This document shows, one piece after another, positions 31,832-41,715 of a stretch of DNA of 64,000 nucleotides. Under the pieces are notes generated by a model. That model was not told the origin of the DNA and did no database searches. It saw nothing but the letters and a program-made list of their open reading frames with translations. Position numbers and translations under genes: made by a program. The stretch's first letter is position 1; each line of letters opens with the position of its first letter. The stretch covers positions 480,001-544,000 of the forward strand of contig CAVWVQ010000003.1 of assembly GCA_963758525.1 (NCBI GenBank), given 5' to 3'. This stretch comes from an uncultured Phycisphaerales bacterium. GTDB lineage: Bacteria > Planctomycetota > Phycisphaerae > Tepidisphaerales > Tepidisphaeraceae.

Positions 31832-32023
31832 ATGGCAGGCAAAGTACCTGGAATCGTCAAGAAGGCCGGATGGAGGCTTCTGAAGTGGCTGGGCTTCGGA
31901 ATTCTGTTCGCCGTCGTTCCATTCTGCTTCACTTGGTGGAATGTTTCCCATCATGGTCACGAGAAATGGTGGTTTTACCAATTGTGGCCGCACGGAGAGC
32001 TGTCTCTGCTCTCGGAGGATTAA
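31832..32023 (+). CDS. Short membrane protein, possibly truncated
   Basis: MAGKVPG...WLGFGILFAVVPF; lower-GC stretch. Confidence 0.4.
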   Translation: MAGKVPGIVKKAGWRLLKWLGFGILFAVVPFCFTWWNVSHHGHEKWWFYQLWPHGELSLLSED

Positions 32024-32024
32024 A

Positions 32025-32180
32025 ATGAGCACGCCTTTGATAGCTCTCGGTGGAACACTGCTTGGCGGGGTCATTGTCTGCGCCGCGTTTCTCGTTCGCG
32101 TGGTGCAGGAAGTTCGACGGGATCGAGCTCCAAAACCCCTAGTCCGACCCAGCAGCCAGCGCATTTCTGCGCCTGTCTAA
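32025..32180 (+). CDS. Short single-TM protein
   Basis: SD GGAGGA, MSTPLIALGGTLLGGVIVCAAFLV. Confidence 0.4.
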   Translation: MSTPLIALGGTLLGGVIVCAAFLVRVVQEVRRDRAPKPLVRPSSQRISAPV

Positions 32181-32201
32181 CACGCAAGATCGCGTTGTCT
32201 G

Positions 32202-33542
32202 TCAGAGCACGGCGACTGACTCAGTCCCAACTCTTAGCGCGGCAAACATCGCCCGAGCCTTCACCAGCGTTTCTTCATACTCCGCGACCGGATCGGAGTC
32301 GGCGACAATCCCGCCGCCAACGGGGATATGCACCCGGCCCTGCTCGACGATCATCGTGCGAATTGCGACGTTCAATTCGAGATGCCCGTCGACGGAGAGG
32401 TACCCGATCGCGCCGCAATATGGGCCGCGACGCACTGGCTCGAGTTCGTCGATGATCTGCATCGCGCGGATTTTCGGCGCACCGGTCACGCTGCCGCCGG
32501 GAAAGGTGGCTCGAAGCAAATCGACCAGGCCGACGTCGTCGCGCAGCGTTCCCTCGATCGTCGCGGCGCCGTGATAAACCGTCGGATGCGCCTCGATTAC
32601 CCGCGACTCGCTCACGCGAATGCTGCCGATCGCGCAGACCCGGCCGAGATCGTTGCGCTCCAGGTCAACGATCATGTTTAGCTCAGCCTGATCCTTGACG
32701 CTGCGGGTCAGTTCCTCGCGCATGCCCGGCCCCAACGCGCGGGTGCCCTTGATCGGCCGGGTGATGATTTGCCGTCCGGAGCCGGTTGGACGCACGCGAA
32801 GAAACAACTCCGGCGAATTGCAGAGCAGCGAAGTGCGATCAAACTGGAGAAATGCGCCGTACCAGGCGGGATGGCGCTCGAGGAGCCGCTGATAGACTTC
32901 AATGGGGCGTCGGCCGAGCAAGCCGACGGTGAATCGCTGCGAGAGATTGACCTGAAAGACATCACCCGCCCGGATGTAGTCGATTACCCGCGCCACTGCC
33001 TGCTGGTAGCCCGCGGACGTGAAATTGCTCGCCAGCGGAACAGAGTTGAGCGGCCCAGGCTTGATTTCGTTCGCGTCAGTCTCTGGGCGCGAGCTTTCGA
33101 GATCGACGGCGAAAATCCGCCCGGTATGGTTCTGCGCGTCCAAGCTGTCGAAATAGAGAAACTCGAACCAGGGAACGTCAAGATCGTCAGCCGCGCCGCT
33201 AGGAAGTGTTTCAAACAGACGACCGGTGTCGTAGCCGAAGTATCCGACCCAACCCCCTTTGAAAGGCGGCCCCGCAGCATCGCACGGCTCCAGATTGAGC
33301 TGCTCGCCGAGCCAGTGCAAAGCGTCGATGGGGTCGGGCCAGTGTTGAACAGGCTGACGCGCGAGAGCTTCGTGCGAGAGAACCGTCGCACCGCCTGCCG
33401 GGCGATCGCACCGCAGCGAACGACGCGGCGTCCCGAGGCGATAACTCCATCGGCTGTAGGGGGAATCGACGCCCGGCGCGCTGTCGAGCCGGCACGCGTC
33501 GGTGGGATATCGCCACGCATCAATGGGACGGATTTCGATCAC
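32202..33542 (-). CDS. pabB: Aminodeoxychorismate synthase component I / anthranilate synthase-like
   Basis: GDVFQVNLSQ, SPELFL, RPIKGTR, MIVDLERNDLGRV, FPGGSVTGAPKIRAM; start inferred. Confidence 0.88.
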   Translation of the reverse strand: MIEIRPIDAWRYPTDACRLDSAPGVDSPYSRWSYRLGTPRRSLRCDRPAGGATVLSHEALARQPVQHWPDPIDALHWLGEQLNLEPCDAAGPPFKGGWVGYFGYDTGRLFETLPSGAADDLDVPWFEFLYFDSLDAQNHTGRIFAVDLESSRPETDANEIKPGPLNSVPLASNFTSAGYQQAVARVIDYIRAGDVFQVNLSQRFTVGLLGRRPIEVYQRLLERHPAWYGAFLQFDRTSLLCNSPELFLRVRPTGSGRQIITRPIKGTRALGPGMREELTRSVKDQAELNMIVDLERNDLGRVCAIGSIRVSESRVIEAHPTVYHGAATIEGTLRDDVGLVDLLRATFPGGSVTGAPKIRAMQIIDELEPVRRGPYCGAIGYLSVDGHLELNVAIRTMIVEQGRVHIPVGGGIVADSDPVAEYEETLVKARAMFAALRVGTESVAVL

Positions 33543-33551
33543 GGCCGCTTT

Positions 33552-34007
33552 GTACCACGGGTTTCCAACCCGTGCGAAGAGCGTGAAGTAACACGATTCT
33601 GAAGCGCGTGCCCGCTTTTTCGGGAGCTCGCAACTCTTCCCCCTCCCCTGGTACTCCGGGGAAGGGTTGGGGTGGGGGCCTGCTCGGAATAGCAAGAAAT
33701 GGCTACGGAAGCGGGTTCTTATTTCCTGCCCCCCAACTCGTTGCTCCGCCCTACGAGGAGGAGGCAGGAAAGCAGCTCCTGTTTTTTTTGGGGACGCCCG
33801 AAAATCGCAAACCCGCACCCCAGCCCTCCCCCGGAGTACCAGGGGAGGGGGAAGGTATCGCAGCGCCCAAAGTGATACGCTTCCGGAAGAACGGGTGCGC
33901 ATGTTTTGAACCCGTGGGAGTGGAGATTGGGGTGCCAGGCAATCACCACGTTGAAAACGGGATTTTTGAAAATCACGCAACCAGCACGGGTTGGAAACCC
34001 GTGGTAC
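33552..34007. repeat. Nested palindromic element: family C 24-bp inverted repeats enclosing a family A element
   Basis: gtaccacgggtttccaacccgtgc (33552) and its exact reverse complement (33984-34007) around 33636-33854. Confidence 0.85.
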
Positions 34008-34011
34008 GGGG

Positions 34012-35403
34012 TTAGGCCAGAGCGCTGACCACGCCCATTTCCGAGGCGAAGAGCTGGGCGGCGGTGACGGTCACATATCCGTCGTTCACGTTCGAGTCGT
34101 GGCCCGCGCCGTCCACGCCCCAGGGGTTGCGGAGAACCACGGTGGTGCCGTTGGTCGACACCACTTCGTAGGCATGGCTGCCGATCAGGGGAGCGCCCTG
34201 GGCTGGCGTGTTGATGCCGATCGTGACGGCCTTGTTGGCCGCGAGCTGGCTGGCGATGGTGGTCATGAGCTGGCCGGCATTGGCGAAGCTGTAGAACCCG
34301 GTGCTGGCGACGCCCAGACTGGCGAACGATTCGGTCATCCATCCGCTGTTGAGCGAAGCATACGTGTTGGCCCCGGTGCGGAAGTCGGCAAACGCCTTCT
34401 CCATCACCGCAACCCACATCGAACCGCCCTGGCCGAAGTTCGCATACGCCGGCGCGCCCCAGCTCCAGGTCGGCAGGCTCCCGTCAACATGCACATAGTT
34501 TGCCTGGCCGCCCTTGAACATCTGCACCAGGTACGACCCGTCGGCCAGTTGCACGACACTCTGCTCGATCCGCATCGCATCAACCTTGGCCACCGCCGCG
34601 AGGGTCGAGAGATAGTAGCAGTCGCCGACGTATCCCTGACGGATGTCGTCCTGGGTCGGGCCGTTGGCGGCGAAGAGCGGGTGATTGGAAAAGTTGGCGT
34701 AGGTGAGGCCCGAGGTCGTGACCGCCGGCTCGGCAATCGTCGGCAGCGCGGTGGCGGCGGGAGCCTTCCTGTTCTTGAAGCTGCGGCCCTTGCCGGCCTT
34801 CTTGGCGCCGCTCGTGGCAGACGCCGGGGCCGTGCCGTAGAAGCTGCTGACGCGATGCACGGCGCCGTAGGCCAGCTCATCGGATCGAACGTTGAAGAGC
34901 TGCTCGCTGGCCGAGTTGTCCATCCAGAAGCTGTCCTTGCCCGCGCCGCCGTAGACCTTGTCGGCCACGCTCCCGATGGTCACGATGGTGTCATTGCCGA
35001 TGCCGGCGGTGATGGTGTTGGTTCCGGTGCCGGCATAGATCGTGTCGTTGCCGCTGCCGGAGACGAACGTGTCGTTGCCCGCGCCGCCTTCGATGGTGGT
35101 GTTGGTGTGAACCGAGGCATCGACCGCAACCGAGTCGTTTCCGTTGCCGCTGTTGATCAGGATGCTGTTGAAGGTGCCGGCGACGGTCGTGGTCCAGCCA
35201 CCGGTGTTCCCGATGACCAGGCCGGCGGCGGTCTGCTTGACGGTGATCTTGTCAGCCGCGCTGGTGCCGATAATCTGCAGCTGCGAGCCGGTGTAAACCG
35301 CGGTCTGATTGATCGTCAGAGGCGTGCCCGAAAGCATCTCACGGCTCTCCAGCACTTCCACAACCGCGGTTCGGATCGACTTGATTGACTTGTTGTTTCG
35401 CAT
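34012..35403 (-). CDS. Secreted calpain-like (C2) cysteine protease with planctomycete export motif and RTX-like repeats
   Basis: EVLESREMLS; GGAGND repeats; catalytic QGYVGDC, HAY, RNPWG. Confidence 0.9.
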   Translation of the reverse strand: MRNNKSIKSIRTAVVEVLESREMLSGTPLTINQTAVYTGSQLQIIGTSAADKITVKQTAAGLVIGNTGGWTTTVAGTFNSILINSGNGNDSVAVDASVHTNTTIEGGAGNDTFVSGSGNDTIYAGTGTNTITAGIGNDTIVTIGSVADKVYGGAGKDSFWMDNSASEQLFNVRSDELAYGAVHRVSSFYGTAPASATSGAKKAGKGRSFKNRKAPAATALPTIAEPAVTTSGLTYANFSNHPLFAANGPTQDDIRQGYVGDCYYLSTLAAVAKVDAMRIEQSVVQLADGSYLVQMFKGGQANYVHVDGSLPTWSWGAPAYANFGQGGSMWVAVMEKAFADFRTGANTYASLNSGWMTESFASLGVASTGFYSFANAGQLMTTIASQLAANKAVTIGINTPAQGAPLIGSHAYEVVSTNGTTVVLRNPWGVDGAGHDSNVNDGYVTVTAAQLFASEMGVVSALA

Positions 35404-35746
35404 GACTCTTCCCGTCTGACTTCCCTGCTCGCCCGACTGGCTACGTCTGGCGGCAAGAAGGAAATCCAATACATTGGGAAGAGAGGCAAATCTGAATTTG
35501 CGCGGCTGCAGGTGCCGATAAAAAAGGAAGGCACAGAGGCACAAAGGCACAAAGGCAGGAAGTGTTGGTCCTCGCCAATGCCGCCGTCGTGGCTTGCCCT
35601 TCGCGGAGATGAAGGATCGGCAGCATCGAGCGAAGCTTTAAAAACTAAAGACCGCAAACTTAACAGCACCTGCCCCATGCCCCCCAAGCAACCTTCGATC
35701 AAGTCCTCACCCTATTTGGTCCGATAACTTTTGGGGAGCCCCTTCT

Positions 35747-37417
35747 ATGACTGCGATTGCGCCACCAATCGAATCATCGTCAACGCTTGCCCAGCGCGCA
35801 GCCGCGCACAATTGGTCGGCAAACGTCGCGGCGCTTCGATCTATCCAGAGTGAACTTCCCGAATCGCTCCCGAATCTGCCGCGCGATCTGGACTTCGTCT
35901 TCGCGCGCGATGGAGCGCTTACCGCGATCAGCGGAGAGGGCAATTGGTGGCGAGGCTGCTCCTTGCCGCGGCGAGCGGCTCAGGCAATATTGAAGACGCT
36001 CGATTCCAAGGGTCGCATTTCCTGCTTTCTTTCGCCGCCGCACGCGGCTCAGATTCGCGTAGCGCTGGACGCACTTCGGTCCGATCAGGCGATTGTCGTC
36101 CTTGTTCCCGAGTCGACGACCCTGGCGGTCATGCTTCGATGCGAAGACTTTTCCGAAGACATTTGGTCTCACCGGCTTCTGTTTGCGAGGGGAACTCGCT
36201 GGAATGATGAACTCGCCGGCATCTTCGAGTCGAATCCGGGGCTGCCGACGCCTGAGCAGTTCGTTCGCGGCGCCGCTGCGGACCACAGCGAAACCGATGC
36301 GCTGATCCCAATCGCCCAGAAGGTCTTTGCCGCACAAACGACCCGGCGCGTAGAACAAGTCGCGGCACTGCGCGGGAGCTGGAGGGCAACCGATCGTCCT
36401 TCGCCGCGCGTTTGCCTGGTCGCGCCGTCTCATTTTCATTTGTGGGAAGATGGCGGCAACGTTCTGACGAACGCGTTCGCAGGCGCGCCAGGTGAGGCGT
36501 GCGACATCGTCCGGTTCGACATCGACGATCCGACTTCCGCCGCTCCGCTGGCGCTTGCAGAAAGAGCCCACGACTGCGACGCCATTGTCAGCCTGAACCT
36601 TTCGCGGGCCGATCTGCCCGACGTATTGCCACGAGAAATGCCATGGATCACCTGGCTGGTGCGCGAGCGCGTTCCCCACATCGACTCGTCGGGCCCGCGC
36701 GACGCGCTGCTGGTTGCCGATCCACGCTGGCGGAGTGACGCGATTGCAAAAGGCTGGCCCGCCGAACGCGTTGAGATTGCGTTCTGGCCGGCCCTGGAAA
36801 TGGGGCTGCCGGAGACGCACGGCGGTTTTCTGGCATTGGCAGCCAACACGCAATCACTGAACGCGCCGGCCCAGGTGGTGGATATGTCGAGCCAGCATCT
36901 GCTATGGGATGCGATCGCCGCGGAGATTGCGGATGATCCGTTTGCGGTCACGCCCGATGCCGGGAAATACCTTCGCCGTCGGCAGCGAGAGATGCAGATT
37001 CCCGATGAGGGATTCGACCAGGCGTGCTTCCTCGACTGGCTCATTACGCCGACGTTTCAGCAGAGCATCGCACGGCTGCTGATGAAGGCCCAACTTCCCA
37101 TTCGAGTTTTCGGCAAGGGCTGGAAAGAGATCGAAGCGTTTTCGGCAATCGCCGCCGGTCCGATCAGCTCGCGCGACGAGCTCAACCGATTGGTTACGTC
37201 CGCTGACGCGCTGATCTATGCGTGGCCGATTCCCCGGGCTCATCCGATCGACGCCATCCACCGGCCGGTGCTCCGCCCGGCTCTCGGTCGCACTCAATTT
37301 CTTAACGCCGCCAGGCTCGCGCTCCAAGGGCGGCTGCAGCCAAATCCTTCTGCCCAGCGCGTTTTGCGCGGTGATCAAATCCTTGCGATGCTGCAACGGC
37401 TGCGCATCGCGCCATGA
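35747..37417 (+). CDS. Hypothetical protein resembling Maf-like N-terminus plus degenerate CgeB-type glycosyltransferase
   Basis: Long ORF; NVAAL...ARDG...P...A pattern and IRVFGKGW; function is inference. Confidence 0.55.
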   Translation: MTAIAPPIESSSTLAQRAAAHNWSANVAALRSIQSELPESLPNLPRDLDFVFARDGALTAISGEGNWWRGCSLPRRAAQAILKTLDSKGRISCFLSPPHAAQIRVALDALRSDQAIVVLVPESTTLAVMLRCEDFSEDIWSHRLLFARGTRWNDELAGIFESNPGLPTPEQFVRGAAADHSETDALIPIAQKVFAAQTTRRVEQVAALRGSWRATDRPSPRVCLVAPSHFHLWEDGGNVLTNAFAGAPGEACDIVRFDIDDPTSAAPLALAERAHDCDAIVSLNLSRADLPDVLPREMPWITWLVRERVPHIDSSGPRDALLVADPRWRSDAIAKGWPAERVEIAFWPALEMGLPETHGGFLALAANTQSLNAPAQVVDMSSQHLLWDAIAAEIADDPFAVTPDAGKYLRRRQREMQIPDEGFDQACFLDWLITPTFQQSIARLLMKAQLPIRVFGKGWKEIEAFSAIAAGPISSRDELNRLVTSADALIYAWPIPRAHPIDAIHRPVLRPALGRTQFLNAARLALQGRLQPNPSAQRVLRGDQILAMLQRLRIAP

Positions 37418-37653
37418 CACGCAGACAGCGTCTTTTTGCATTTCACTCCACGGCTGCGCGCGACCCTTTCCCCTCTCCCGGCCGAGAGCGCGTTTGCGAA
37501 CGTCGAGCGACTTTACTCCCTCTCCCGGTATTCCGAGAGAGGGCAGGGGTGAGGGTGATTTTTGAACTCGGACACCGTTGGTCCTCGAAATCACCCTCAC
37601 CCCAACCCTCTCCCGGAGTACCGGGAGAGGGGGTTAGCACGTTGAGACCTGGA

Positions 37654-38607
37654 TCACGATCCGCCAAGCTGCGTGATCGTGCGGCGCAGTGCTTGAGAAT
37701 ATTGCGCAAGCCCATCGATCGAACGATCGACCTTCAAGTTTTTGAGCGATTCATCCCCGCGGCGCGCCACGATTCCCCGCAGTTGCGCGTGCATGGCCCG
37801 CTGCGTGGGAGAAAGCAACAGGTCGGCGTCGGTGCCCTGCGCCAAAGCCGTGTTGATCTTTGTCGCCTGCAGAGGTGTGAGCGGCAGGTAGCAGTATTCC
37901 GGAAACTGCGCAAGCGTGAACTGCTGCACTTCGCCGGGCCGCAGGTTCGCGTCGCCGGGCGCGACGATCGAACGAAAGCACTGCATCGCGCCGACCTGAT
38001 GCAGCACGGACGCATAGTCCACACGGGTTGCGTCATATCGCACCTGGACCACTTCATCCCCTCCGATCGTTCCCGTGCGCGTGGCAAGGATCCCGTTCAG
38101 TTTTCCAATCTGCCGCTCCCCTTCCCAATAACAGCCGACGGCGAACGTCGCGGTTTGCGGAGAAGCGGGGTTGTATTCGTCGGCCACCAGTTGGAGATAC
38201 GCGGGGACATCGCGATGAGCAGCCTTGAGCGCCGCGATCATCCGCGCAAGAAGCTGCGGGGCAGCGACATCGCCGGTCAGATTGTTCGACAACGAGCGCC
38301 CGTCGCCGTCCGTGAAACCGACAGCCACGGCGTTTGGCGCGCCGTCGCAATTGATGAGCGGCGTGAACAGATCGTTCGCGGCGTCAACGACGATTGGATG
38401 AGCAAGCGGACCGCGGAGCAAAGCGCGAGCGGAAACCTCGTCTATCCAAAAGATCGGCTTGCCCGACTCGCGCGACAAATGCCGAGCCTGGGAAACATTG
38501 TGCGACCAGCAAATCGCGGCGTGATCAGCCGGAGAGCGTGCGTCAGCGGCCCAGAACGCGCCAGCAGAGCACCACAGCAGCGTGAGAATTGCGAATGCGA
38601 CGCGCAT
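37654..38607 (-). CDS. Secreted thioredoxin-like + MsrA-like fusion protein
   Basis: Signal peptide; ARHLSRESGKPIF...LAHPIVVDAANDLFTP; ATFAVGCYWEGE, EVVQVRYD. Confidence 0.75.
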   Translation of the reverse strand: MRVAFAILTLLWCSAGAFWAADARSPADHAAICWSHNVSQARHLSRESGKPIFWIDEVSARALLRGPLAHPIVVDAANDLFTPLINCDGAPNAVAVGFTDGDGRSLSNNLTGDVAAPQLLARMIAALKAAHRDVPAYLQLVADEYNPASPQTATFAVGCYWEGERQIGKLNGILATRTGTIGGDEVVQVRYDATRVDYASVLHQVGAMQCFRSIVAPGDANLRPGEVQQFTLAQFPEYCYLPLTPLQATKINTALAQGTDADLLLSPTQRAMHAQLRGIVARRGDESLKNLKVDRSIDGLAQYSQALRRTITQLGGS

Positions 38608-38714
38608 GGGCTGGAGTTGTTGTTGATAACAGTTGGAGCCACAGGATTATTTCGATCGCGACTCGCGAATGACCGCAACTCGTGGGAATGCCGAACGCTT
38701 CTCCGCCGGGGCGT

Positions 38715-38797
38715 GCCCGATCTCCCGGACTGCCCGATCTCCCGGACTGCCCGATCTCCCGGACTGCGCGATTTCCCGGACTGCCCGATCTCCCGGA
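38715..38797. repeat. 17-nt tandem repeat (ctcccggactgcccgat), ~5 copies
   Basis: Head-to-tail units with no spacers. Confidence 0.85.
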
Positions 38798-38957
38798 GCG
38801 TTGCCACTCTTTCCCCCTCCCCTGGTACTCCGGGGGAGGGTTGGGGTGGGGGCTTGCTCGGATAGCAGGAAATTTGGTTACCGAAGCGGGTTGCTACTTC
38901 CTCCCCTCAATCCTCGTGGCTCCGCCCGGATACGAACCGGAAGCACGAAAGCAGCTA

Positions 38958-40125
38958 GTGTAGTGTGTCAGGCTAATACACTCTTATTCAGCACCTCGCG
39001 CGCCCGTCGGACTTTTACAATAATGTCCTCGGCTTTTGCCGTCCATTCGAATGACTTGGGGTTCTCGTTGTGCGCTGCGATGTAGGCCATGATCGCGTCT
39101 GTTAACTCCGGCACGCTGCGGAAAACGCCACGACGGATTCTTTTGTCCGTGATCTCCCGGAACCACCGCTCCACCAGATTCAGCCACGAGCTGCTGGTCG
39201 GGATGAAGTGCATGTGAAAGCGTGGATGACGCTTGAGCCAGCTCTTCACTTTCGGGTGCTTGTGCGTGGAGTAGTTGTCTGCGATCAGGTGCAAGTCCAG
39301 GTCCGCTGGCGTCTGCTCGTCGATCTGCCTGAGGAACTTGATCCACTCTTGATGCCGATGTTTCTCCATGCATGTGCCGATGAGTTTTCCCTCGGCTACA
39401 TTCAGTGCCGCAAAGAGCGTCGTCGTTCCGTTCCGCTTGTAATCATGCGTCATCGTCCCGCATCGTCCCTTCTTCAGCGGCAATGACGGCTGAGTGCGAT
39501 CCAAAGCCTGAATCTGTGTCTTCTCATCCACGCAGAGCACCAACGCGTGCTCCGGCGGATTGAGGTACAAGCCCACGACGTCCACGACTTTCTCGATGAA
39601 CTGTTTGTCGTTGCTCAACTTGAAAGTATGGATCAGATGCGGCTTGAGCCCATTGGCCCGCCACACGCGATTGACCATCGCGGAGCTGGCCCCCAATTCC
39701 CTGGCCAGCGTCCGGCAACTCCAATGCGTGGCGTTCTTCGGCCTTTTCTGGGTGGTCCACTCGATGATGCGAGCGGTCATCGCGTTGCGACTCACCGGCG
39801 GACGGCCCCCGCGCGGAGCATCTTTTTTGATTCCTTCCAGACCCTTCTCGATGAATCGCTTGCGCCACTTGCCGACCAGCAACCGGTCGGTCTCCAGCGA
39901 CTGCGCGATCAGGTTGTTGGCGACGCCTTCGGCAGCCTGCAAAATAATCTGCGAGCGAAGGACCAGTCGTGCCGGCGTGCTTCGGCCGCGCGACCACTGT
40001 TCCAAAACTCTACGTTGTTCATCCGTGACGGTGACATCGGGTGCGATGCGCAAGGGGTTATCCTCCTGTTGGAGGATCAGACACGCAACTAATAATTAGG
40101 ATAGCTTATTTATGATACACTACAC
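38958..40125 (-). mobile_element. IS630-family insertion sequence
   Basis: Terminal IRs gtgtagtgtgtca / tgatacactacac; TA duplication at 38956-57 and 40126-27 in CTAG context. Confidence 0.93.
38968..40053 (-). CDS. IS630 transposase
   Basis: HTH region, THWSCR, DDE residues in VDEKTQIQAL, IADNYSTH, LNLVERWF. Confidence 0.96.
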   Translation of the reverse strand: MRIAPDVTVTDEQRRVLEQWSRGRSTPARLVLRSQIILQAAEGVANNLIAQSLETDRLLVGKWRKRFIEKGLEGIKKDAPRGGRPPVSRNAMTARIIEWTTQKRPKNATHWSCRTLARELGASSAMVNRVWRANGLKPHLIHTFKLSNDKQFIEKVVDVVGLYLNPPEHALVLCVDEKTQIQALDRTQPSLPLKKGRCGTMTHDYKRNGTTTLFAALNVAEGKLIGTCMEKHRHQEWIKFLRQIDEQTPADLDLHLIADNYSTHKHPKVKSWLKRHPRFHMHFIPTSSSWLNLVERWFREITDKRIRRGVFRSVPELTDAIMAYIAAHNENPKSFEWTAKAEDIIVKVRRAREVLNKSVLA

Positions 40126-40178
40126 TAGCGGATTTTCGGGCACGCCCTTCCCGCGCTGGTGCGCGAAACGGGCTGCCA

Positions 40179-41519
40179 TCACGCAGCGCCGGCTGGCGCT
40201 GGCGCAACGGGCTTGTCGAGATACACGCGTTCCTCTTCGGGCGAATATCCCAGCAGCTCGGCGAATCGTCCCCATGCGATCAACGACTTGGTCAGGGCTT
40301 CCACATCCTCGGTCGGCAGACGCATCACAATCTCTTCCTGCACGATGTCCAACGGCAGCGAATGGTCCTTCGCCTCCTGCAGAATCTGCACGATAAACCG
40401 GAACAAGCCGAGGGTTTGAAGCTGCTGGTTGAGCAACATCTTGCGGGTGTTGATGTCGCCGTCGAGGAACTTGGAGCCGAGCGGCGTGAGCACGACCCGA
40501 TTCTTAGGGGTGTCGAGGAAGTCGAACATCTCGCCGGTTTTCACGACCGAAAGGGTGTGTCCAAAGTCGTAGTCGGTCAGGCCGTCGAGACGGAAAACAT
40601 CCATCGCCCCGCCGTTGTCGCGGAGGATTTCCATCAGACCGAACACTTCGCCGAGGTTGATCGAGGGGACCGGCTCGATCGTGGGCACTCCGGCTGGCGC
40701 GGCGGCGGCGGGCTGCTCGGGGAGATGCTCGGAAACGATGACATCGTGCAACCGTTGCACGAGGGCGAGAAACGCGGGCGATTGATAGCCGCGCGGATGA
40801 GGGACCGTATTGGGAATGATCTGGCGGATGTGCCCGGGCTTGGTCCCCAGCACGACGATCCGATCGGCCAGGAAGACGGCTTCTTCAATAATGTGCGTGA
40901 TCATCAAAATGCTCTTTACCGACGCGATTGACGATGCATCGGGAGCGCCCGAATGCGCGGTGGTCCAGAGGCGGTAGACTTCGCTGCGCAAGCTCTCGGC
41001 GGTGAACACGTCGAGCGCGCTGAAGGGCTCGTCCATGCACAGCAGTTCGGGGCCACGTGCCAGTGCGCGGGCGATGCCGACGCGCTGTTTCATGCCGCCG
41101 GAGAGTTCCTTGGGGTACGCTTCCTCCGAGCCGTCGAGACCCACCATGTCGATGCAGCGCGCGACGCGGCTGGCAGCGTCGCTGGCGTTGAGCGGCAGGC
41201 CGTTGAGGGCGACTTGCACGTTTTCGCGCACCGTCAGCCAGGGGTAGAGCGCGAAATTCTGGAAGACGATGGAGATGCCGGAGTGAATGCCGGTCAACGG
41301 CTTGCCGTGGGCAAGGACCTGCCCGCTGGTTGGACTGATCAATCCGACCAGCGAGCGGAGGAGCGTGCTTTTGCCGCATCCGCTGGGGCCGAGCAGCGCC
41401 ACGACTTCGCCGGCGTTGACTGCCAGGGAGACGTTCTCGATCGCCGGCCGCGCGTCGGGCCCGCCGAAGCGGACGGTGACGCCTTTTGCTTCGCAGATGG
41501 GGGTTCCGTTTTCAGGCAT
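40179..41519 (-). CDS. Nitrate/sulfonate-type ABC ATP-binding protein with C-terminal AAA-associated domain
   Basis: [36 protein letters not shown]. Confidence 0.92.
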   Translation of the reverse strand: MPENGTPICEAKGVTVRFGGPDARPAIENVSLAVNAGEVVALLGPSGCGKSTLLRSLVGLISPTSGQVLAHGKPLTGIHSGISIVFQNFALYPWLTVRENVQVALNGLPLNASDAASRVARCIDMVGLDGSEEAYPKELSGGMKQRVGIARALARGPELLCMDEPFSALDVFTAESLRSEVYRLWTTAHSGAPDASSIASVKSILMITHIIEEAVFLADRIVVLGTKPGHIRQIIPNTVPHPRGYQSPAFLALVQRLHDVIVSEHLPEQPAAAAPAGVPTIEPVPSINLGEVFGLMEILRDNGGAMDVFRLDGLTDYDFGHTLSVVKTGEMFDFLDTPKNRVVLTPLGSKFLDGDINTRKMLLNQQLQTLGLFRFIVQILQEAKDHSLPLDIVQEEIVMRLPTEDVEALTKSLIAWGRFAELLGYSPEEERVYLDKPVAPAPAGAA

Positions 41520-41528
41520 GGGATCGCC

Positions 41529-41578
41529 GGGTTCAGGGTTCAGGGTTCAGGGTTCAGGGTTCAGGGTTCAGGGTTCAG
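41529..41578. repeat. (GGGTTCA)7 heptamer tandem repeat
   Basis: Perfect tandem units between permease and ATPase genes. Confidence 0.9.
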
Positions 41579-41715
41579 GAAATTCTACCGCACGTTCGTG
41601 ACTCTCGCGTCGCCGCGAAGGGCAAGCCACTTCCGGCGACGTTGGCGAGCACCAAATACTTCTTAGCTATTCGTCCCTGCTTCCCTTCGTGCTCCGTGCC
41701 TTCGTGCCATTCCCC

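Noticed and set aside
33991..35388. Long antisense ORFs (also 52103-53665, 62288-63838, 13501-14937)
   Set aside because: Shadows of real genes in GC-rich DNA with no recognisable motifs
38715..38797. 17-nt repeats as plasmid iterons
   Set aside because: No Rep gene or AT-rich origin nearby; chromosomal context
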